A DNA stretch of 64,000 nt from IMG/VR virus record IMGVR_UViG_3300020048_003360, positions 144,023 to 208,022 of that record; one strand, given 5' to 3'. The notes beneath the pieces were generated by a model. That model made no database searches and was not told the DNA's origin. It saw nothing but the letters and a program-made list of their open reading frames with translations. Within the stretch, counting starts at the first letter, position 1. Each line of letters begins with the position of its first letter. Below, one piece after another: positions 57,329 to 64,000 of the stretch. The DNA is from a virus (lineage: Duplodnaviria > Caudoviricetes). A program made the translations under genes and the position numbers.

Positions 57329-57901
57329 CTACTGACCTACTGATAGCAATTTTAGATATGCTTTAAAATATTCTGTTTTAGCTATATCATGGAATGCTGA
57401 GTATCTATACAATATCTCAATTATTGATTCCACAACATCTCTTTGTAATTTAGTATTGTTAGTAGCTGTAAAATAACCTGGATAAATAACGACACCAAAT
57501 ACATCTGGGGTTAGGTCATATATAGCAAAAGCTTCCTTATATTTTTCATCATAAGAATCTTTACTAAAAAGCTCTGATTCTAGTTTAGAAAACAGACTAG
57601 AATCGTTAGAAACTGGATCTATAGACTTCCAAAGACTATCTGATAATTCAGTGTTTACCCTACATATACTATCGCTCCATATAGAAGTTAAGCTAGAATA
57701 GTAGTCTATATTAGTTACTAATTTAAAATACTTAGTATTTTGCAGTGCTAAAAATCTAGCTAAATCATCTAGTGCCATTAATGGTCTAATTTTTTCTAGA
57801 TCTAAACACGCGCTTAATTGAAGTCCATTTCTCTTAAGAGTTTCTTGTACCCAAAACGGGATTAGAATAGCTATCTTTTTCTGACCTACAGTTTCAGCCA
57901 C
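57329..57901 (-). CDS. Probable head protein (phiKZ gp119-like by synteny)
   Basis: 190 aa between capsid and helicase genes. Confidence 0.5.
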   Translation of the reverse strand: MAETVGQKKIAILIPFWVQETLKRNGLQLSACLDLEKIRPLMALDDLARFLALQNTKYFKLVTNIDYYSSLTSIWSDSICRVNTELSDSLWKSIDPVSNDSSLFSKLESELFSKDSYDEKYKEAFAIYDLTPDVFGVVIYPGYFTATNNTKLQRDVVESIIEILYRYSAFHDIAKTEYFKAYLKLLSVGQ

Positions 57902-58082
57902 AATTACTCTCCAAGTTTAAATGATGGATAATGAGATAGTATAAGGTATCATAGTATTCTACTATATAAGGTATAAAATAATCTATACAACATATTAATA
58001 TAGAAGAAAATACCAGATGCATCAATACGGTACATACTATTTAGTTATTTCCGATTAACTTATATCGAAGTAAGAAAAAATA

Positions 58083-59624
58083 ATGACACCAAAACTATTG
58101 CTAGTCCACAGCATTACTCTACTATATAGAGAAAGTCAATTAAGTAGTGAAGACGAACGTTCAGCTACACTAATAAAAGAAATTCTACATACAATACCAC
58201 TACCTGAACTATCGCATGGTTTTAATCACGAAAGAGATATATTGGAGAGTTTAAAAAACACAGCTCTCTATATGTGTGAAGTCCCGCCTGATCATAGGTA
58301 TGAATTAAATGACATTCTGCAGAGATTGAAAGTCAATACTCTAGAAGAAGATGGATTATACGATGCGCTAGTGGAGGGAATCGCACCTGCATTATCGGAT
58401 GAAGCTTTAAAAAGAACTTGTTTAAACTTACGTCGTTCTTTAAACTCTCACTTTAAAGAAGAAAAACTAGCTAAAATCGTAGGTGATGCTGCTTATAAAT
58501 TTAAGTTTAGTAGAAATAAAATTACAAATATGAAAGCATTTGTATCGGATCTTAGCACTGCCTTAGAACCGTATATGATAGATGTGGTAAACAAAGATCC
58601 CGCCATTATATCTGATGTAGATATTGGTAATTTAGATCAAGTTACTAATATATTTAATGAAGTCAGAAAATCTAATAAAGGCATTGGTATTTTAAAGACC
58701 GGATACCAGGGTTTAAATAGAATGCTGAATGGTGGTTTTAGACGTGGTGAACAAACCGTAATTGGGGCTTTACAGCATAAATATAAAACTGGTTTTAGTT
58801 TAACGCTATTTAAACAAATGGCACTATATAACATTCCAGTAATGATAGATAAAACTAAAAAACCACTGTTATTAAGAATTTCATTTGAAGATAATCTAAC
58901 TCTTAACTTTCAATTCTTATATCAATCATTAAAAGAAAATGAAACTGGAGTAAAGGCAGATCTAGCTGGAGTTAGTGATGCTGAGATGGCTGCATATGTA
59001 CAAGAAAAATTAAGTGTAAGTGGATACCACACTAGACTAATGTTTGTAAATCCATCTTTATGGACCTATAAAGATGTGTGTAATAAAATTTTAGAATTAG
59101 AAGCCGATGGATATGAAGTACATATGGTAATGGTAGATTATTTACTGAAGCTACCTACCACTGGCTGCGATCAAGGTCCTATGGGTCATGATATTAGGAA
59201 TTTATATGAGCGTATACGGTCATTCTGCAGTAGTAGAGGCATAGCCTTTATTACCCCTCACCAGTTATCTACGGACGCTAAAATGATGGTCAGGGACGGT
59301 CGTAGTGACTTTGTTAAGGGATTAGTTAGCGGCGGTTTCTATTCTGGATCTAAACAAATCGATCAAGTTGTAGATTTAGAAATATTTATCCATATTGAAG
59401 AATTAAATAGTATATCATATTTAACGATTCAGCGTGGTAAACACAGAATCATTGAACAAACGCCAAAGAAAGATCAGTATATAGTACTGGCATTTAATTC
59501 TATAGGTGGAATACCTGATGATATATTAATTGCGGATAGTACTAGATATAAAGTGGGTGGCGAGACAGTAGGCTCTGGAAATGACTTGATCCCTTATTGG
59601 GAAAAAAATACTCTTGATTTATAA
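58083..59624 (+). CDS. dnaB: DnaB-like replicative helicase (phiKZ gp118-like)
   Basis: TGYQGLNRMLNGGFRRGE, divergent Walker A GALQHKYKT, VMVDYL, TPHQLS, IQRGKHR. Confidence 0.85.
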   Translation: MTPKLLLVHSITLLYRESQLSSEDERSATLIKEILHTIPLPELSHGFNHERDILESLKNTALYMCEVPPDHRYELNDILQRLKVNTLEEDGLYDALVEGIAPALSDEALKRTCLNLRRSLNSHFKEEKLAKIVGDAAYKFKFSRNKITNMKAFVSDLSTALEPYMIDVVNKDPAIISDVDIGNLDQVTNIFNEVRKSNKGIGILKTGYQGLNRMLNGGFRRGEQTVIGALQHKYKTGFSLTLFKQMALYNIPVMIDKTKKPLLLRISFEDNLTLNFQFLYQSLKENETGVKADLAGVSDAEMAAYVQEKLSVSGYHTRLMFVNPSLWTYKDVCNKILELEADGYEVHMVMVDYLLKLPTTGCDQGPMGHDIRNLYERIRSFCSSRGIAFITPHQLSTDAKMMVRDGRSDFVKGLVSGGFYSGSKQIDQVVDLEIFIHIEELNSISYLTIQRGKHRIIEQTPKKDQYIVLAFNSIGGIPDDILIADSTRYKVGGETVGSGNDLIPYWEKNTLDL

Positions 59625-59638
59625 CACTGGAAATAGTA

Positions 59639-60163
59639 ATGATTGCCGATAGACGAGTAATTAGGGTAATGAATGATCTCAGAATCAAACATCATGAGTT
59701 AGTTAAGTATGGTGGATTTGGATATTGTGGATATGGTTCACAATTACTAAGAGATGCACTTTTGGAAAAAGATATTAATAGTGTATTATTAGTAAGTAAG
59801 TATTTTGCTAATACAGTAGATGGTAATAAAGCAAAATTTACATTAAGTACTATGGTAATGGATATTGCAGATACCGATCTAGATAGTAATTATAGAGAAA
59901 TTAAACGTAACTTTATTAAAAGGGGTAAGTTACCTGATAATTTAGGACATGCTGTATTATTAATAGGTGAAGTCATTTACGATATTACTTCAGAACAATT
60001 TGGATTGCATGGGGTATATTCTCTATCGTTATTTAGAAATATTTGGAAAGAGATATATTTAGCAAAAATAAAAATTGACTCTACATCTGATTTTGGTATT
60101 AAGGAAATTAAATTAGGTAAACGTGTTTGCTATCTAGATAAACCCATTTACGCTAATTGGTAG
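59639..60163 (+). CDS. Transglutaminase/papain-like fold protein (putative)
   Basis: Candidate Cys-His-Asp triad: YCGYGSQLL...GHAVLL...IYDITSEQF. Confidence 0.45.
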   Translation: MIADRRVIRVMNDLRIKHHELVKYGGFGYCGYGSQLLRDALLEKDINSVLLVSKYFANTVDGNKAKFTLSTMVMDIADTDLDSNYREIKRNFIKRGKLPDNLGHAVLLIGEVIYDITSEQFGLHGVYSLSLFRNIWKEIYLAKIKIDSTSDFGIKEIKLGKRVCYLDKPIYANW

Positions 60164-60177
60164 TAGTAAAAAAAATA

Positions 60178-60229
60178 CAGCATAATAGTCAGAGTATCCT
60201 AAGTAAATTAGGATACTCTGACTATGTCG
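60178..60229. terminator. Bidirectional hairpin
   Basis: cagcataatagtcagagtatcctaa / ttaggatactctgactatgtcg. Confidence 0.8.
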
Positions 60230-60230
60230 T

Positions 60231-60560
60231 CTATAGGGGCGAAAGTAATTCTTTCACTACAACACCATGGTGTTCTATATAGTGCCTTAGTCCGTATGGA
60301 AAAACTATTTTTTTATGATGGAGCACTACTGTATAATCACTACTTCCATTTTCGCAGTTGCATATCCTACAAATGGAGTTACCACCATGTTCCCTAACCG
60401 ATGCACGTCGAATAAGTAAGTCCAGTCTTTCGAGCATTATTCTTACTTCTTCTGGTGTGGCTGAATCTGCTATTGGTATTGGTAAGTCTGGCGCACTAAA
60501 TACATTACGCCAATAGCCAATTAATATATTTGTGCGGTCGTGAATTAGTGATTCTTTCAT
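60231..60560 (-). CDS. Hypothetical protein with Cys/His cluster
   Basis: G.S.CRIC.C.NGS...FPYGLRHYIEHH. Confidence 0.6.
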   Translation of the reverse strand: MKESLIHDRTNILIGYWRNVFSAPDLPIPIADSATPEEVRIMLERLDLLIRRASVREHGGNSICRICNCENGSSDYTVVLHHKKIVFPYGLRHYIEHHGVVVKELLSPL

Positions 60561-61027
60561 TTTGATTCCTTAATTAAAAATTCTTCAGCATAACCATCTT
60601 TTATGGTATAAAGGATTTGATTAATACCATAGTGTCTTAGTGCGGTCATGCAGATTTCGCATGGTCTAGAAAGCGCTTTTTGTCCCTTTTTATCATGCCT
60701 AAAGATATAAATTCTGGCGTTAGATAAATCGTATCTGGTATTTATCAATTTGGTTAAACAGTGCATTTCTGCATGTAACCAAATTGATTCGCGTCTATTA
60801 CAGATACTGGCCCACTTAGATTGCAATGGGTGAGACTTCTTCACATTCTGACCAACTGCTATTACTTCGTTCTTTAATACAACTACTGCACCTATGTGTA
60901 CTCTTACAAATGTAGAGAGTTCAGAAGCTGCCTTAGCCATATTAAAGAACTTAATGTCTCTACTATTAATTGGCACTACTTTAATTCCTTTTTTATGGAA
61001 TGGAACCACTGAATACTTTATTAACAC
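60557..61027 (-). CDS. Zn-dependent cytidine/dCMP deaminase-family protein
   Basis: HIGAVVV, LHAEMHC (HAE), SRPCEIC (PCxxC). Confidence 0.85.
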   Translation of the reverse strand: MLIKYSVVPFHKKGIKVVPINSRDIKFFNMAKAASELSTFVRVHIGAVVVLKNEVIAVGQNVKKSHPLQSKWASICNRRESIWLHAEMHCLTKLINTRYDLSNARIYIFRHDKKGQKALSRPCEICMTALRHYGINQILYTIKDGYAEEFLIKESK

Positions 61028-61382
61028 CTAACTCCCACTCGTACAGAGTGTAAGTGACGTTAAAGTCGTAATCGGTACCACGTACCCACTCACTCTTTTC
61101 TTTTAACCAGTCCATGTACTCTTCTTTCGTATCGAAATACTCAACTTCCATGCTGTGTTTAACATCTGGAAATTGTTTATCAAAGTACATATACTCAATT
61201 GCATAGACTGCATTTAACGGCCAATTCCCTTCATGTTTGGGACTATAGAAGCCGTGTCTATCTGCTTTGGGAGTAGTCATTTCCGCTAATGACTTACAGA
61301 TGGTGAAAGCTACTTCTGATGTTCTTTGATAAGATGTACTCACGATATATCTCCAGTTATTTGAGAATAAAAGTATTCTCAT
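60993..61382 (-). CDS. Hypothetical early protein
   Basis: ORF directly after an early-promoter motif; true start probably downstream of the listed one. Confidence 0.55.
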   Translation of the reverse strand: MRILLFSNNWRYIVSTSYQRTSEVAFTICKSLAEMTTPKADRHGFYSPKHEGNWPLNAVYAIEYMYFDKQFPDVKHSMEVEYFDTKEEYMDWLKEKSEWVRGTDYDFNVTYTLYEWELGVNKVFSGSIP

Positions 61383-61384
61383 TA

Positions 61385-61415
61385 AGGTAATATATTGCCA
61401 TATTTATTTTGAATA
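61385..61415 (-). promoter_or_regulatory. phiKZ-type early promoter (extended motif)
   Basis: Minus strand TATTCAAAATAAATATGGCAATATATTACCT. Confidence 0.7.
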
Positions 61416-61444
61416 GTATTTAGTATTAAAATACAGTTTGAGTA

Positions 61445-61906
61445 TTATTGTATTTTAATACTAAAAAATGATGCTTCTGTAACATGTGATATATTGGTAA
61501 ATATATCTAATCCGCCAGCTTTTAATGTAGCTGCCGCTAACTCATAACAAAACCAACAATCATCTTCTTCCCATCTTCTACTTGGATTTAATGCTAAACC
61601 TATTACTCCTTTGTAGTCGTATTTTTTACCTAGTTGATTCTCTAAAAAGATACTGGCTTCTTCTATATTTGGTACAGGAAACTTAAGTACCCTAACTATT
61701 TTATCGGTAGCCATTACGTCTTCTAATAAAGTTCTTCTGACACCAGCTATAGCAATGGCCTCGTATAATAAATCATCTTCACCCACAGCTATATAGCAGT
61801 GTGATGATTCAGCTAATTTAAATCTACTATGTGGTAATGTCCAACGCACAATCCAAGAAAATATATTCCATATATCTTTAGTGAAGTAAAGTGTAACGTA
61901 GTTCAT
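61445..61906 (-). CDS. Permuted papain-like amidase (YiiX/YaeF-like NlpC/P60)
   Basis: SHCYIAVG...YEA, LGKKYDY.GV, WFCYELAA, with His before Cys (permuted order). Confidence 0.75.
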   Translation of the reverse strand: MNYVTLYFTKDIWNIFSWIVRWTLPHSRFKLAESSHCYIAVGEDDLLYEAIAIAGVRRTLLEDVMATDKIVRVLKFPVPNIEEASIFLENQLGKKYDYKGVIGLALNPSRRWEEDDCWFCYELAAATLKAGGLDIFTNISHVTEASFFSIKIQ

Positions 61907-61983
61907 TTATAAATTCCTATAAGACGGATTATTACCCACAGCAGACTAATCCACTGTGGGTAATGTTTTATGATTTATCTAAA

Positions 61984-62190
61984 TCACATACCTTCGGGCA
62001 TTGGTGGCACTTCTGGACGAACCCAATCAGGAGTCTCTACGATAACGCCATCTACTAGTGTGTACTTACCTAATGCGAAGGTATCTAATAGATCAGCTGG
62101 TAGTAGTGCATCATCAACAACTACTGCATTTGGAGTATCTACAGTACCGATGTATTGAATGCTATTATCTGGATTTGCTAGAATAAACAT
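61984..62190 (-). CDS. Small tail-fibre-associated protein (putative)
   Basis: 68 aa directly after the propeller fibre; KYTLVDGVIVETPDWV pattern. Confidence 0.45.
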   Translation of the reverse strand: MFILANPDNSIQYIGTVDTPNAVVVDDALLPADLLDTFALGKYTLVDGVIVETPDWVRPEVPPMPEGM

Positions 62191-62260
62191 ATTTGATCCT
62201 ATAAGGTTAAGGTAATGGTGGGTGTTACATAAAATTAACTACTAGAGTATTTTTTATCTA

Positions 62261-64000
62261 TTAGTCTCTTCTAAATTGAGTAATATTACTACTGGTATTA
62301 TTAGCAGTATAAACATTATTGTCATTTGGTGAAACAACAATAGCGTTTGGTGCTGTACCTATAGTACCTACTCTATCTGGTACCAATGGTACTAGGGTCT
62401 TAGCTACGTAGTCAACACTATATTGAGATACGTTATTAGCTCCTTTACTACTAATATATACGTGTAAACCATCTAGAGAGAATTTAACTTCAGTTGGACT
62501 AACACCAGCGGTTAAATTAGATAAAGCCCCTAACATACCCGTAGTAATATTTCTAGAGTATTGAGATACTGTACTACCACTGCTGTTAGTTACATATACA
62601 TGTTTGTTATCTGGTGAGATAGTGATGCCCTGTGGACTACCACCAGTAGCTATAGTAGCTGGTGTTAATGCAGTTAATACTCCAGTAGTAGTATTTCTAG
62701 AGTATTGAGATACTGTATTACTAGTGTTGTTAGCTACATATACATGATTGTTATCTGGTGAGACAGTGATCTCCTGTGGACTACTACCAGTAGCTACAGT
62801 ACCTATACTAGTTAATACTCCAGTAGTGGTGTTTCTAGAAAATTGGGTTACTGTTCCAGTGTGATTAGTTACATATACATGATTGTTATCTGGTGAGATA
62901 GTGATGCCCTGTGGGCTACTACCAGCAGCTATAGTAGCTGGTGTTAATGCAGTTAATACTCCAGTAGTAGTATTTCTAGAGTATTGAGATACATTATTAT
63001 TATTCTGGTTACCTACATATACGTGTTTGTTATCTAGTGAGACAGCGATATCGCGTGGATTATTACCAGCAGCTATAGTACCTAGACTAGTTAATACTCC
63101 AGTAGTAGTATTTCTAGAGTATTGAGATAATGTACTATTGCCCGTGTTACCTACATATACATGATTGTTATCTGGTGAGACAGTGATACTAAATGGTAAA
63201 CTACCAGTAGCTATAGTACCTAGACTAGTTAATACTCCAGTAGTAGTATTTCTAGAGTATTGAGATAATGTACTATTGCCCGTGTTACCTACATATACAT
63301 GATTGTTATCTGGTGAGACAGTGATACTAAATGGTAAACTACCAGTAGCTATAGTACCTAGACTAGTTAATACTCCAGTAGTAGTATTTCTAGAGTATTG
63401 AGATACTGTATTACTAACGAGGTTAGCTACATATACATGATTGTTATCTGGTGAGATAGTGATAATACGTGGACTACTATCAGTAGCTACAGTAATCGGT
63501 ATTCCACTACCACTTACTAAAGTTAAAGCTCCTGTAGTAGTATTTCTATCAAAAAGACTATATTCACTAATGTCATTATTAACTACACAAGCTAATAGTC
63601 CATTAGGTGAAATAGCAATATCTATAGGGCCACCAATAGAATTCACTATATTACTAAAGCTTAGTGCTCCAGTAGTAGAATTAATAGTACAGACACTAAT
63701 GTTATTACTACTGTAATTTGCACTATATAAGAACTTATTATCTGGCGATATGACAATACCTTCCGGCCTAATAGTTGGATTATAAGATGCACTCAGTACT
63801 CCAGTAGTGGTATCTCTAGAGTATTGGGATACTGTATTATTCCAGTAGTTAGTTACATATACATGATTGTTATCTGGTGAGATAGTGATACCATATGGGC
63901 TACTACCATTAGCTATAGTGCCTATAATAGTTAATGCTCCAGTAGTGGTGTTTCTAGAGTATTGTAATACTGAACTACTACTATAGTTAATCACATATAC
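62261..64000 (-). CDS. Beta-propeller (YVTN/lactonase-like) repeat protein, probably the C-terminal part of a tail fibre/receptor-binding protein; 5' end outside window
   Basis: About 12 repeats of I..SPDN.HVYV.N..S..VSQYSRN.TTG.L; frame open to the window end (VYVINY...). Confidence 0.75.
   Translation of the reverse strand, partial: VYVINYSSSSVLQYSRNTTTGALTIIGTIANGSSPYGITISPDNNHVYVTNYWNNTVSQYSRDTTTGVLSASYNPTIRPEGIVISPDNKFLYSANYSSNNISVCTINSTTGALSFSNIVNSIGGPIDIAISPNGLLACVVNNDISEYSLFDRNTTTGALTLVSGSGIPITVATDSSPRIITISPDNNHVYVANLVSNTVSQYSRNTTTGVLTSLGTIATGSLPFSITVSPDNNHVYVGNTGNSTLSQYSRNTTTGVLTSLGTIATGSLPFSITVSPDNNHVYVGNTGNSTLSQYSRNTTTGVLTSLGTIAAGNNPRDIAVSLDNKHVYVGNQNNNNVSQYSRNTTTGVLTALTPATIAAGSSPQGITISPDNNHVYVTNHTGTVTQFSRNTTTGVLTSIGTVATGSSPQEITVSPDNNHVYVANNTSNTVSQYSRNTTTGVLTALTPATIATGGSPQGITISPDNKHVYVTNSSGSTVSQYSRNITTGMLGALSNLTAGVSPTEVKFSLDGLHVYISSKGANNVSQYSVDYVAKTLVPLVPDRVGTIGTAPNAIVVSPNDNNVYTANNTSSNITQFRRD
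63071..63405 (-). repeat. Perfect 138-nt tandem duplication (about 2.4 units; 46-aa blades)
   Basis: agctatagtacctagactag... starts at 63071, 63209 and 63347. Confidence 0.9.

Noticed and set aside
51292-59624. Introns or inteins in nvRNAP, capsid or DnaB genes
   Set aside because: ORFs are continuous, of expected size and show no intein blocks.
62261-64000. CRISPR array or DGR template/variable repeat
   Set aside because: Repeats are in-frame coding units without unique spacers; differences are not adenine-specific and no reverse transcriptase is in the window. The 50590 and 28144 repeats are likewise coding.
1-64000. Alternative genetic code (stop-codon reassignment)
   Set aside because: Core genes are full length under code 11, TAA, TAG and TGA all end genes, and no suppressor tRNA was found.

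Overview
AT-rich 64-kb segment of a phiKZ-like jumbo phage (probably Chimalliviridae). This is inferred from recalled motifs and gene order, not a database search. Core genes: tail lysin (gp181-like, 5'-truncated), virion RNAP beta C-terminal subunit, UvsX/RecA, RNase H, central spike and PAAR tip, SbcC ATPase, tail fibres, RuvC, portal, non-virion RNAP beta N-terminal subunit, major capsid protein and DnaB. The most unusual part is a minus-strand tRNA operon (about 12.2-16.4 kb) downstream of a phiKZ-type early promoter. It holds three homologous group I ribozymes: one interrupts tRNA-Leu(UAA) after U33, and two have no tRNA exons, share a 3' flank (G-W-GCACAAU) and bracket an 88-aa ORF. It also holds a D-arm-less tRNA-Arg(UCU)-like RNA with a D-loop-like segment in its variable region, several tRNA halves, a truncated HNH gene and two unexplained structured tracts. 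Other points: a mini-intein in dCTP deaminase, a Tad1 anti-Thoeris sponge homologue, NADAR-like and SLOG proteins, a CYTH-like enzyme, a holin plus signal-peptide transglycosylase cassette with a separate spanin pair, and repeat-expanded beta-propeller and Q-rich proteins. All RNA structures were folded by eye and need covariance-model confirmation.
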